A stretch of DNA of 62,940 nt, counting the filler, from Octopus bimaculoides (taxonomy: Eukaryota): the NCBI RefSeq assembly GCF_001194135.2. It is 4 parts of 4 records of this genome, joined end to end, with 100 filler letters (N's around TTAATTAATTAA, not from the genome) between each part and the next. Parts side by side here need not be neighbours in the genome. Positions count along the whole stretch, not along the records: positions 1 to 28,063 come from NC_069003.1; 3 more parts are not named here. The stretch is one strand, 5' to 3'. The notes below the pieces were generated by a model. It had not been told where the DNA came from, made no database searches, and saw nothing but the letters and a program-made list of their open reading frames with translations. The translations under genes and the position numbers were made by a program. Shown piece by piece: positions 13,190 to 26,913 of the stretch (within the stretch, counting starts at the first letter, position 1; each line of letters opens with the position of its first letter).

Positions 13190-13420
13190 GTGGGGTTTGA
13201 AATCAGAAAGCAAAGACATGCCGAGTATCAAGTCCACCGACTTGTTCCAGTTGATGTGTGCTCCCGTACACTTCTGATATCTCTTCAGCAATATGTCGAT
13301 TGCTCTCTCTCCTTCAGTAATATACCAATTGCTCTCTCTCTCTCTCTCTTCCTCCGCGGACACAACTCTATTTAGACGCAGTTTGACCTGGACGCCTTTT
13401 AAAGTCCACATCCTCTGCCC
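13190..13420 (-). mobile_element. L1/Tx1-clade LINE reverse transcriptase fragment, decayed
   Basis: IDILLKRYQKCTGAHINWNKSVDLILG matches the L1/Tx1 post-YADD motif (Y..xtGAxIN.xKS..L.LG). VSAEEE plus a GA microsatellite lies where VSAYADD is expected. Confidence 0.75.
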
Positions 13421-13586
13421 GCAACGGTCTTTGTACTAACATTTATAGGGAAGTGGCTTTTCTTGATAAATTGAATGTGGAATGCGAAACGGTTTCGAGA
13501 GGTGTTTGTTCAGTTTGAAAACGGTTTTCCATTGTAAGGACCCAATCTCTGAAGACAAGACTGGAACTAGCTGCTCTTTAGAAAGG

Positions 13587-13670
<84 letters not shown>

Positions 13671-13682
13671 TGATATTCATAT

Positions 13683-13725
<43 letters not shown>

Positions 13726-13738
13726 TAGACAGACAGAC

Positions 13739-13773
<35 letters not shown>

Positions 13774-14538
13774 GAGATGTTGAGAGATTCTAGTAAATAG
13801 TTTTTACTTATGCTCTGTTTCCATTTTATTTCTAACATATTTTATTTTAATTACTTTTAATTTTAAAACATTTAAGAATTTCTTTTTTTAACGCGTGTGA
13901 ACTAAGAGTGAATAGTATTTAAAATGTTGTTAGGTTGTCTTAGATGTTAGGAATGACTGGTTGTTTGGTTAGATGGTTGGTCGGTAAGAAAAGAGAGCTT
14001 ATAGTTTTCATTTAGCATAGTCGTTGCTATACTAATAATAGCTCAGCTACTAGTATAGAAGACGCAAAGTAAACATGAATTCTGAAAGCCGAATATATTT
14101 TCTTGGGCGCTTTAGTCGGTCGAGCAGAGAGCGCAATCTCTTCCTCGTTTTCAAGCACGCTTGTTGCTCATCTGTTGTCATATCTTATAGTAAGTATATT
14201 TTGGCCAGTTGAAGAATTAGAGGAAAACTAGAATTATGCTAATAAATGGCTTTATATGTGTTGCCATTAGAAGAACGGCTTATTATTGGATGAACAAGCA
14301 ATAGAAATCAGAAGAGAATAAGCGAAGTGTTGTATTATTAGATGCAAGTTTCTTTGTGAAGAGACAATTTGACTGACGGCAAAATAGTGGTTTGATCTGA
14401 AAAAAACATGCGAATATATAAATATACAAGCGTGTAAATATATATAGTCATACATGTAAACACGAACACACACAAACACACAAACACATACACACACACA
14501 CATATGTAAATATAAACGTGTATACAAACATGACAGAA

Positions 14539-14581
<43 letters not shown>

Positions 14582-14766
14582 CATATGTAAACAAACGTAT
14601 AAACGTATACACCTACCTATATACGCAAAAGTGAAGATATAAACATATACAAATCTATATAAACATCTATACACATGAAAACAATACATTTATAAACGCA
14701 TAGGCATACATACTTAAACACACATACAGATATATTCACGAGCACACTGACGTACAAATAACAGGC

Positions 14767-14818
<52 letters not shown>

Positions 14819-15009
14819 GCGCTGACATACAAACAAATACACTCGCACACACATATATATACATATAATGCATGTGTTCGCCGAGTAGCAAAAGAATATG
14901 GTATTATTTTTAAGTATTGTGTAGGGAGTGTCTTGAAAGAAATGCTTAATTTGTAACAACCAAATGTAAATATATGTTCACCAGACGCAAAGTAATTATT
15001 TCACCGTTA

Positions 15010-15205
15010 CATCTGATTTCAAACGTTGGCATATGGCCAGAAACTTTGGGAGAAGATGTAAGTGTTTAGTTGGTACTGATTTTATCGACCCCGAAAGGAA
15101 GAAAGGCAAAGTCGAACTCGGCAGGATTTGAACGCGAAACGTAAAGACGTACGAGATGCCGTTTAGAAGGCGTGCTAACGATTCTGCCCGTTCGCCACCT
15201 TATTT
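15010..15205 (-). mobile_element. Third tRNA-headed SINE family (GGCGAGCTGGCAGAATCGTTAGC..GAGTTCAAATTCCGCCGAGGTCGAC)
   Basis: TCGACCCCGAAAGG..AAAGGCAAAGTCGAACTCGGCAGGATTTGAAC..GTGCTAACGATTCTGCC on the plus strand; A and B boxes on the minus strand. Confidence 0.85.
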
Positions 15206-16597
15206 TACGGTTACATTTGATCTATAAAGTCATCCTGTTACATTTTGGCCCAAATAACTGGCCTTTTGCATACGAATAAATATAAAGTCTTAACATAAAC
15301 ACAGCGTCTTAAATGTTATAGCGATGGAGGTGTAATCAGTGGATGGAATAATAGACTCAATTTCGTTATGGGTCCTTTTCTTTTACTAACTCCAAATTGG
15401 AAAACGATACAGTTACCACAGTTACCTTTGGCGGAATTTGAACTCAGAACGTAAAGGGTTGTAACTTAATACAACAAGACATCTTGTACTTTGGTCTACT
15501 GGTTTTTGATCCGTAACCCATCTACTTCCTAGGCAGACCATGCTTGTCGCTTCCTTACAGACTAATGATTTCTAAAGCAGTTATAAGGGGTGATGTGTCT
15601 GCATTCGATTATGTATCTTTTATCTTCTACTTGTTTCATTCTTTAGGCTGCGGCCATCTGGAGCATCACCTCGAAGGGAATGGTCGAACGAATCGCCTCC
15701 ACTACTTATTTTTAAATCTGATGGCAACAATGGTGATGATAAAGAGGAAGAGGATAATGATGATGCTGTTCGTTTGTTTATTAGCTACAGAGTCATACAA
15801 TAGATACGATGGAAGTTAAGCAAATAGCTTACTAAACGCATAGGATGGGACAAAAAGATGTTCTTTAACAGAAAAAGAAACAATAAACAAGTTTAATGAT
15901 CTCGCCCACGCACAGGATGCCCTCATCCCATCCACTCAGGACATCGAGATAGAGCATATCCTAGTTTGAACTCGCCCGCCGACCTGCCGCCAATACAGTC
16001 ACCATTCCTCATACTGCTGTTTGGTGCATCCAAACGTATCTATTCGCTTGTTTTTGAGTAACTTGGCGTAGGAGACAACCGATGTCTTCTGGATACGTTT
16101 CTTAATAATAAGATCAAGAAACACTTGTTTTTATAAAACTACACAACGATTCTCTATCATTTCAGTAGAATATCCCTAAATACAAATCCAATCCGATTCT
16201 CGAAATTAAATCTGCCACAGACTGTTTCATCTCTCCAGAATTATTCCGTTAAATTCCTGCTGTGATGTGTACCAGACTCACTCTGTCAATGTTACAATGT
16301 TTCAATAATTCTTATAATAAATATATTTATAGCAAAATATATTGATTTTGTTGTCTATTTATATCGACAAGAATCGATTACAAATGATTGTCTTGCTGTT
16401 GGAGATCGACTTTTAGATAACGATTGATTCCAATAACTTGACAACTGTTCTCATATCTATTCCATTTGAAGGAATATTGGATCCACTCGAAACATCCTTC
16501 ACATCCATGCATTACCCAAGCAATCCAATTCCACATTTCAAAAGACTATATTAAACCATTAGGGCGGCGGCGGCGGCGGCGGTGGTGGTGGTGGTGG

Positions 16598-16748
16598 TGG
16601 GCTGAAAAGTTCCTGACTTTGGGTAAAAGAAAATACAGGAGGATCAGTTAATTATGATTTTTATCCAATATGTTCTCCTCTCAGATTCACGCACTTATTG
16701 CAGAAGTCCTTCAGTTTTTCTAAGCCCTGTAAAAGAATTCGAAAGGTT
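16598..16748 (-). mobile_element. Mariner-derived MITE, partial (runs into a gap)
   Basis: TIR GCTGAAAAGTTCCTG; minus-strand peptide GLEKLKDFCNKCVNLRGEHIG resembles a mariner transposase C-terminus. Confidence 0.75.
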
Positions 16749-17365
16749 NNNNNNNNNNNNNNNNNNNNNNNNNNNNNNNNNNNNNNNNNNNNNNNNNNNN
16801 NNNNNNNNNNNNNNNNNNNNNNNNNNNNNNNNNNNNNNNNNNNNNNNNNNNNNNNNNNNNNNNNNNNNNNNNNNNNNNNNNNNNNNNNNNNNNNNNNNNN
16901 NNNNNNNNNNNNNNNNNNNNNNNNNNNNNNNNNNNNNNNNNNNNNNNNNNNNNNNNNNNNNNNNNNNNNNNNNNNNNNNNNNNNNNNNNNNNNNNNNNNN
17001 NNNNNNNNNNNNNNNNNNNNNNNNNNNNNNNNNNNNNNNNNNNNNNNNNNNNNNNNNNNNNNNNNNNNNNNNNNNNNNNNNNNNNNNNNNNNNNNNNNNN
17101 NNNNNNNNNNNNNNNNNNNNNNNNNNNNNNNNNNNNNNNNNNNNNNNNNNNNNNNNNNNNNNNNNNNNNNNNNNNNNNNNNNNNNNNNNNNNNNNNNNNN
17201 NNNNNNNNNNNNNNNNNNNNNNNNNNNNNNNNNNNNNNNNNNNNNNNNNNNNNNNNNNNNNNNNNNNNNNNNNNNNNNNNNNNNNNNNNNNNNNNNNNNN
17301 NNNNNNNNNNNNNNNNNNNNNNNNNNNNNNNNNNNNNNNNNNNNNNNNNNNNNNNNNNNNNNNNN

Positions 17366-17427
<62 letters not shown>

Positions 17428-18425
17428 ATGTATGTATTATGTACGTATCTATGTATATAAGGAATGTTTCCTTGCACGTCACGTTCAGAAGGAAATAAAC
17501 TTAGAACTTACATACTACATAGCACTTTACAATCAGACCACATATGACATCTAGACATAGAGAGACTGAGAAGTGTTGTTCAAGAAGAATCTCCGGCCTA
17601 ATTAAAAAAAAAACAAAAAAACAACTCTGTTGTATTTTCAAATGGCAACTCATGACAGCCTCCGTCTGTTTCTGTTCTACACGCTTTAAGTAAATGGAGA
17701 AACACAGGGGTGTGTGTATACATATAAAAAAGTTTAAACGCAGACACACACACAAGCTTACATACAGAAATATTTATACACTTATATAGTTATATGGGAG
17801 GATACAAACATACCTATGCATGCATACATGCGCACATCTGTATGTATATATATATATATNNNNNNNNNNNNNNNNNNNNNNNNNNNNNNNNNNNNNNNNN
17901 NNNNNNNNNNNNNNNNNNNNNNNNNNNNNNNNNNNNNNNNNNNNNNNNNNNNNNNNNNNNNNNNNNNNNNNNNNNNNNNNNNNNNNNNNNNNNNNNNNNN
18001 NNNNNNNNNNNNNNNNNNNNNNNNNNNNNNNNNNNNNNNNNNNNNNNNNNNNNNNNNNNNNNNNNNNNNNNNNNNNNNNNNNNNNNNNNNNNNNNNNNNN
18101 NNNNNNNNNNNNNNNNNNNNNNNNNNNNNNNNNNNNNNNNNNNNNNNNNNNNNNNNNNNNNNNNNNNNNNNNNNNNNNNNNNNNNNNNNNNNNNNNNNNN
18201 NNNNNNNNNNNNNNNNNNNNNNNNNNNNNNNNNNNNNNNNNNNNNNNNNNNNNNNNNNNNNNNNNNNNNNNNNNNNNNNNNNNNNNNNNNNNNNNNNNNN
18301 NNNNNNNNNNNNNNNNNNNNNNNNNNNNNNNNNNNNNNNNNNNNNNNNNNNNNNNNNNNNNNNNNNNNNNNNNNNNNNNNNNNNNNNNNNNNNNNNNNNN
18401 NNNNNNNNNNNNNNNNNNNNNNNNN

Positions 18426-18478
<53 letters not shown>

Positions 18479-18897
18479 TATATGTGTATAATTATGTAAT
18501 TATGTAAGTGTATGAGTGCGTGTTTCTGTAATAAAATAATAACGAAACAGCCAGCAGTAGTCTAATTAGTATGTAATGAGTGGTGTGTTGTTGTACTGGC
18601 CAGACAGCCAGGTACATTTGGATGATTCTCAAAACTTTACCAATAGAAATACTGTAAACATGGGAAATTACCTAACATTAATGTACAGAGGCGCACGCGC
18701 GCACACACATGCACACATATAGGCACACATATCTAAACTCATTATAAAGACACTATAAACACGCACATGTAATTATATGGATATGTTCATATGTATATAA
18801 ACGTATACATATACATAAATAAAGACACATATGCACACATACATATGCATAATAAACACACATTTATATATATATGTATACATATATACACATATAA

Positions 18898-18954
<57 letters not shown>

Positions 18955-20689
18955 TATCTATAAATATATCTGCCTCTGTCTCTCTCTCTCTGGATACATA
19001 TATACTTACATACATACTTACATACATGCACACACACAAACACATATATATATATATATACATATACATACACATACATACATCGGTATATACACAAGTA
19101 TATTCATACGTACGTACATTCCTACATACATACGTACATAGACACATACAAGCACTTACATACATACATACATACAAACATGGCTGATATAAAAACATGT
19201 ATAATATATCACTGTGGGCGTAGTGGAATATACCTGCAGCATCCATTGCATCCTGCAGCCGGCTTTTACATCTAATGGCTGTCTATAGAATACTTACCTG
19301 TTATATTCTGGGGGAGATTAAATCATCAATATTTCCCACTACCCTCTATGTATCTATACGCTTATCGTTCTTACGGACATGTTTCGGTTTAACGGTGGTG
19401 CTGTTCTGATGTGCTGGTCTGGGAGTGGTGGTGGGGGTAGTAATGAAGAAGTAAAGGTTTCAGTTCTTGGTTGAGTCAGCTTTTGGAAGTTTGTGGGGGG
19501 GGGGAGATGAATGAAGACGACATAATCACCTCTCACTCTGTTGTTGTTGATGGTGATGATGTTGATGATTAGGAAGAGGAGGACGACGGTGATGATGGAT
19601 GACAACGCCGATGACGACGACAGCAATGATGATGATGACGATGACGCTAATATATATTTGATATATTAGTTAATGTGTTCACACACAGTCTTCTAAACGA
19701 GATGTAATGAGGTTTGATGGTAGGTTAGCTACAAATTATAGCGTGTAGAGTGACCACGTAGAGGTGTCGGTCAGCTTCATCTGAACTAATTTTGTGAACC
19801 AAGTTCGAAACCTCTTTCTTCTCACACAGTTATGCTACCTTGAGGAAAAAAAAGCATAAACGCCACACATTCTCATGTGTGCCAGAATCGAAATGATGCA
19901 GAGGGTTAAGTATGCGGCCACCTTCTTATAGCCGTACCGTGGGTTCAAATCCGTATCATGTGTTTCCTCGTTATTCTAGGTCAGAACATTTAATTGTAGA
20001 TGCCATAACTGTTGGAGGCGGAGTATAAAACAGTTGATATAGCTACAATGGCCTGTGTATGCATATATCTAGATATCTATGTGCCTGTAGTTGAGTGTTT
20101 GTTTATGTGCATGTGTGTGTTGTATGTGTGTGTGTGACTATGAGTTACGTTTGTACGTGTGTGAGTTTATGTATGTCCGTATCAACGTGTTTAAGACTCG
20201 TCTGTCTGTCTTGACATGTATATATATATTACCGATCGAACGGCATGTTAAGGCCAATAATGTGACCGTTATAGCGTATATGTGTACGTATTTAGCTATA
20301 TAAGTTCTGTGCTTGTGTATGTGTGTGTGTGTGTGTNNNNNNNNNNNNNNNNNNNNNNNNNNNNNNNNNNNNNNNNNNNNNNNNNNNNNNNNNNNNNNNN
20401 NNNNNNNNNNNNNNNNNNNNNNNNNNNNNNNNNNNNNNNNNNNNNNNNNNNNNNNNNNNNNNNNNNNNNNNNNNNNNNNNNNNNNNNNNNNNNNNNNNNN
20501 NNNNNNNNNNNNNNNNNNNNNNNNNNNNNNNNNNNNNNNNNNNNNNNNNNNNNNNNNNNNNNNNNNNNNNNNNNNNNNNNNNNNNNNNNNNNNNNNNNNN
20601 NNNNNNNNNNNNNNNNNNNNNNNNNNNNNNNNNNNNNNNNNNNNNNNNNNNNNNNNNNNNNNNNNNNNNNCGTATACGCCTAGATACAT

Positions 20690-20752
<63 letters not shown>

Positions 20753-21897
20753 CATACAAACACACATACAAGCAAACATATACAAATGCATACATACGAT
20801 CATACATATATGCATATAATGTATATACATAGACACACTCAGAGAAAGAGAGAAAGAGATAGATTTATTGATAAGTCTAAAAATAGACAAACGTCTAACC
20901 GGACATGGACGCATTCACGCAGACGCATACACACATACATGCATAAGTACACACTCTTATATATGTGCATACACGTATACATATATATACGGGTATGTAT
21001 GCGTCTATGTATGAATCTTGGTGCACATATGTATGTATGTGTGTGCGTCATTATAGTGTGTTTATAACGAGTTTAAATAGCTGTGTCTATACGCATGTAT
21101 GTGTGCGTGTATGTCTGTGTGTGTGTATGTGTGTGCTTACTTTGGCATTAATCTTGTCTCGAGAGACAGCGGAGTTTTGCACCACTGGTCTGTCAAGATT
21201 TGACCTGTTGCCCAATAAAGGGAGGGGCAACCACCTACTGTACTGGCGCTGCAGCTTTTTACATTAATTCCAAAGTGACCTCTTCAGGATGCATGCTTGG
21301 GCTCTGCTGTATAGAGAGCCTATATCCGCCCCCAGACTCCAGAATCCCGCTTTCGGCCTCGATGGTACGACGGGAAGGAATAAAGAGAAGTACTTTGGCA
21401 CCATTATTGTTGCGGAAGATGCAGAAAAAATGCTGTGTCGATATCTCGACCGCATTAGGGACTCTGCCTTGTATTCATCATACAGCACCTGTCGTAATAC
21501 ATTGAGGCTATTTTACTCCTAGCTGGGATTCTGCACTCCAATACAGGGTCCCACAAAAGACATTGTCGGCCCGAGATAGATCAAATCAAGATTTATGTCA
21601 GGCAGGATCACTACCACGTAAACATTTTTGGATCGTTAGGAGAACCTTTTATTACATGCTGTTACAGAGATCTAATACGGTTAGGCATCCAAACGCACTT
21701 GGAACATCCGGTGCTCAGTTGCAAAGAACTGCAATGGTAAAGCATACGTCGAACTAAGAATTTACACCTGTGTTTATCTTAATTTTCTACTGCATAAATA
21801 CATACATATGTATGTAGTGTGTGTGCGCGAACGCTCACACACACAGACATGTATGTATGCACACACATACACATATATGTATGTGTACATATATATA

Positions 21898-22107
21898 CGA
21901 GGGAATGCTAAAAAGTTCCTGGCTTTAAGGGTATCGCAAAAGGCCTAGCTGGAGGCCCAACCTACCGAGTTCTTTAGCAGGGCTTAGAAAAACTGAAGAA
22001 CTGCTGTCAAAAATGTGTGAATCTGAAAGGGGAATATGTTGAATAAAATCATAATTAACTGATTATCCCGTATTTTCTTATACTCAAAACCAGGAACTTT
22101 TCAGCAT
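21898..22107 (+). mobile_element. Mariner-derived MITE
   Basis: TA|CGAGGG..GCTAAAAAGTTCCTGG at the left end and CCAGGAACTTTTCAGCA at the right; internal remnant of the transposase 3' end. Confidence 0.85.
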
Positions 22108-22136
22108 ACTTATTTCTATGCATATATGTATGTATG

Positions 22137-22174
<38 letters not shown>

Positions 22175-22199
22175 GGGGCGTTCGATATGATGAGGATTC

Positions 22200-22520
22200 G
22201 GTTGTATGATCAACGAAATAACTTGCTCCCAAATTTATGTGTAATTGCCCGAGTTTTCCACAGAGACTAGTGCACTTAACGTAATATGCAGGCGGCTAAT
22301 CAACGTAACTCAGTGTGGGATAAGGAGACTGTACCTTTTGATTTACAGGTACAATCCATCCGATGGGCTTCTTCGCAGTTTTTCATCGATTGGATTTCAC
22401 TCAGGATGCAAGGGGTGACCCTACGCTATAGAAAATGGATTTAAACCTTAGATGCTATGCAGTGAGATCGAACCGCGACCTCGAGGTTCCGAAGCGAATT
22501 TTTTAACCGTTAGGGGTTAT
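22200..22520 (-). mobile_element. Diverged SINE with a first-family-like head and second-family-like tail
   Basis: GGGCTTCTTCGCAGTTT and GATCGAACC..GAAGCGAA..TTAACC (head); CTAGTGCACTTAACGTA..TTTGATTTACAGGTAC (tail). Confidence 0.45.
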
Positions 22521-22522
22521 TG

Positions 22523-22581
<59 letters not shown>

Positions 22582-23264
22582 NNNNNNNNNNNNNNNNNNN
22601 NNNNNNNNNNNNNNNNNNNNNNNNNNNNNNNNNNNNNNNNNNNNNNNNNNNNNNNNNNNNNNNNNNNNNNNNNNNNNNNNNNNNNNNNNNNNNNNNNNNN
22701 NNNNNNNNNNNNNNNNNNNNNNNNNNNNNNNNNNNNNNNNNNNNNNNNNNNNNNNNNNNNNNNNNNNNNNNNNNNNNNNNNNNNNNNNNNNNNNNNNNNN
22801 NNNNNNNNNNNNNNNNNNNNNNNNNNNNNNNNNNNNNNNNNNNNNNNNNNNNNNNNNNNNNNNNNNNNNNNNNNNNNNNNNNNNNNNNNNNNNNNNNNNN
22901 NNNNNNNNNNNNNNNNNNNNNNNNNNNNNNNNNNNNNNNNNNNNNNNNNNNNNNNNNNNNNNNNNNNNNNNNNNNNNNNNNNNNNNNNNNNNNNNNNNNN
23001 NNNNNNNNNNNNNNNNNNNNNNNNNNNNNNNNNNNNNNNNNNNNNNNNNNNNNNNNNNNNNNNNNNNNNNNNNNNNNNNNNNNNNNNNNNNNNNNNNNNN
23101 NNNNNNNNNNNNNATATATATATATATATATAGCTTCTGTGGTAAGCATTGTGTAGTTTATAAATTTATAAATACACCAACTGTTTATATAAGCTTACAC
23201 AATATATAATTAGTATTGTGTCCAAGTGAGGAAACGTGTTGTCTCACTCTGTTGTGTCTGTTTT

Positions 23265-23316
<52 letters not shown>

Positions 23317-23329
23317 TAATAATAATAAT

Positions 23330-23540
23330 GGTTTGAGATTTTGGAATACGGCCAGAAATTTTAGGGAGTAAGTTAAGTTTATTACATTGATCCCAGTGTT
23401 TAACTGGTACTTATTGTATCGACTCCGAAAGTATGATGAAAGGTAAAACGGAATTTAAACTCCGGATGCAAACAGCCGGACGAAATGCTGCTAAGCATTT
23501 TGTCCGACGTGCTAACGATTCTGGCAGCTAGCCGCCTTAA
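23330..23540 (-). mobile_element. Third SINE family copy
   Basis: GGACGAAATGCTGCTAAGCATTT..GTGCTAACGATTCTGGCAGCTAGCCGCCTT. Confidence 0.8.
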
Positions 23541-24574
23541 TTAATAATGAGAATAATGACGATGATTTCTCGCATTGGTAGAAAGCCAGGTATAGTCATT
23601 CACCTCGACCCCTGTACCTGACTTTCTTTCATGTTTTATCAATGACGAAGAAGGACGAAAGACGAAGTCGGCTGGGGTGGTATCTGACCTAGAATAGCCC
23701 AATTTTACATCATCACGATTTTTTCCGCTCGTCTACTAATTCTGCCACCTCCCACCGCCATATTGTCTTTTACAAATTGCGGCCATTTTTGTCATACACC
23801 AAACGTGCTCTCTCACCAGCCGATGAGCTACCATGCAATGGGCTACAGAAATAATCGGGTTCTTATTTGACAACTGCCAATAAGCCGAGATCCAGAATTG
23901 CTTCTGAACTAAAGACACCGAGAGTAGCAAGAGATATTGCATAGGATTAAGTCCAACGCCCTCACAATTCAGCCAACATACAGCTCTAGTCTACTATCTC
24001 ATTAATCGGTGGAATTTGAGCTCACAGCAATGTGAGGTAGAACAAATACCACAAGGCATTCTGTTCTGCACTCAAAATACTTTACTATTATTCACCGCCT
24101 GAAGTATAAAATATAACTGGAGTATAAAATATATATGTAAACAAACTTATGTCATATGAGTTCCTGTTTCTGACTGTTTCATCATCACGTTCAGTACAAG
24201 GTGACTGACCCTCGTCAAGAGACAAACAATGTTTTATAAGAATTCTTATTTTTTTTACGAGAGCACCTATTATGTTTTATGATCCAACCCGACGAGAACT
24301 TCAGAATAGTCGGGTTATTAAAGTACTCAACAACAACCTGCTGAGGAACAACAGGTAACTCTTTCATATCCAGTGTAACAAACACTTGATTCGCAAGAAA
24401 TATTGTTTCCCCCACTTAAATGCAGAATAGGCAGAATAGGTTGGACTGAATGGCTCACCGCTTTTAGCAGCAGCAGCAGCAGTTGCGTGGCGAAGTCGAC
24501 CAGTGAATTCGTTGATCAGTTGTTCGGTATTTGGACCATATTATGGGCTTAAGATTCGTTAAAGATCGGTTTTA

Positions 24575-24900
24575 ATATCGGTTGCAAATTTTGGCACGAG
24601 GTCGCAGGTTTTGGGGAGGGGCTTAGTTGATTAAACTGATCCCAGTGTTCAACTGGTATTTCTTTTAATGACCCTGAAAGAATGTAAGGCAAAGTCGACA
24701 CCGGCGGAATTTGCCGGAATTGAGTACAGTAACTAAACCATTATTAAGTTGGTGAGATGAAAGAATCGTTAGCACTCCAGGTGAAATACTTAGCGGTATT
24801 TCGTCCGTCCTTGCATTCTGAGTTTAACTTCGCTTTTCATCTTTTATGGGTGGCTGAAATAAATACCAGTTGAGCGCTGGGGTCGAGGTAATCAAATTAA
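24575..24900. mobile_element. Two third-family SINE copies in opposite orientation (about 24575-24720 minus, 24750-24900 plus)
   Basis: GGCAAAGTCGACACCGGCGGAATTTG, followed by GAATCGTTAGCACTCCAGGTGAAATACTTAGCGGTATTTCGTCCG. Confidence 0.7.
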
Positions 24901-25450
24901 CTATTCCTGGGTAAGAAAATAAAACTGCACCCCTCTGCTAAGCCATGTCGAACCAGTGTGGCAGAGTAAGCTCATGAAACCAATATGATCTCAAGCTCAA
25001 ATTCACAGCCTCCACATTAGACTGTGGTTGGTAGATAGAGCATGCTTAGGTCTTCGTCCTGCAGTGGGTTGAACATGGCAATCCAATCCAAATCAATCCA
25101 AAAGTTAGTATTTAGAGCCTAAATTATCATGAGATTTTGTAGTGGGGTTTAATTTAGATGAGTTTAAAGCAGAAAGGTTCTATCCTAAATCTAGAGACGA
25201 TTCCAGGTAGATTGGTATGAAAAAATTCTAAATTACATAATTATTTGATTCCATTTCAGATAAATTTCAAGCTTTTCGTTATATTCTTCTAACGTGATGC
25301 ATAATACTTATGTTAGAATAAAAGATCTGATGGCATGGGAGCATTTCCTTATGATTTAAGATGAATCATAACAAATATGAAAGTATTAATCGGCCAAGAC
25401 AATCGGAGATGCTTAACGGATTAATTAATACGTATTAGTTTTACAATATA

Positions 25451-25684
25451 CGAGGGGGCCACTGAAACGTTCCCTGGCTTTAAGGCTATCACAAAAGGTC
25501 TGGTGGTGGGTCGGGGGCCCCAACTTTCCGAGTTCTTTTACAGGGCTTAGAAAATTAGAAAATCTGAAGGATCGCTGCAAACTGTGTGAATCTGAGATGG
25601 CGATATATTGAATAAAATCATAATTAAGTGATCATCCTGTATTGTCATTTACCGAAAGGCAGGAATTTTTCAGCACCCGTCTCG
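25451..25684 (+). mobile_element. Mariner-derived MITE, both ends present, TA target-site duplication
   Basis: TA|CGAGGG..CTGAAACGTTCCCTGG ... CAGGAATTTTTCAGCACCCGTCTCG|TA; homologous to 21898-22107. Confidence 0.85.
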
Positions 25685-25980
25685 TAGTTGCGGTTGCTGC
25701 TAACGGTAATGACTTCTAGCCCTTATCTGCCCATGTTATGGTTTTAAATAGATAAAGATTTCACGAATGAGGAAAATAAGGTATTATGTCAGTGTAAACA
25801 GCAAAGTGATAGTGACAGGATATGTAAGTATGTATATATGTATGTATGTATGCATGTATATATACATGCATGTATGGTGTATTTATGTATGTATGGATAC
25901 ACGTATGACTGTATTTGTGTACAATGTATGTATTTGTGTACGTATGTATATATCTCTGTATGTTTGTATGTATGTAGGTT

Positions 25981-26011
<31 letters not shown>

Positions 26012-26117
26012 ATGTATGTATGCATGTATGTATGTATGTATGTTTGTATATATGCACGTATGCTTCCTATCTTTCACTTGTGTACGCATTGGTCTGTCTA
26101 TGTACTTATCTATCTAC

Positions 26118-26176
<59 letters not shown>

Positions 26177-26287
26177 CCAGTCTGTCTGTCTATCTGTTGT
26201 TTGTCTGCTTTACTCTATATATCTATCGATGCCTCCATTTCGCTATGAATACATACACACACACATAAACACACACAAATACACACA

Positions 26288-26351
<64 letters not shown>

Positions 26352-26869
26352 TATATGTATGTATATGTGTGTATAGATTTTTGCACCAAAATATGCACGA
26401 AGAAGTGTTTATGTGTTTGAATGCATAACGTTGTACGCACACAAGTCTTAATATAGGACAGTGGAGAACTTTGTGATTACAGAAAGACAGACGAAATTAT
26501 AAATAACAAACATTAGTTTACGGACGAACGCAAGTCTGTTGCTTCCAATTTCTCATCTCTCTCCTCTCAACGTATTTAAAATAATACCAGTAATTGTCGT
26601 TATATTACAGTGCATAGTTTACGTATGCATGCACACAATATCATATACACACACATACATATATGTATATACATGGATATATATGCACATATATATATAC
26701 ATACACCCACGCACACACCTACAGATGTATATACATTTATGAATGAGTATATAGGTTTATATGGCTGCTTGCTTATCTAAATGTGTGTGCACATCTAGAC
26801 ATACATACATACATGTGCGTGTGTGTGTTTAAATATATATATATATGTACAAATATATGTATACACATA

Positions 26870-26913
<44 letters not shown>

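Noticed and set aside
19540-19650. Acidic Asp-rich peptide
   Set aside because: Degenerate GAT/GAC trinucleotide tract with stops and no splice context.
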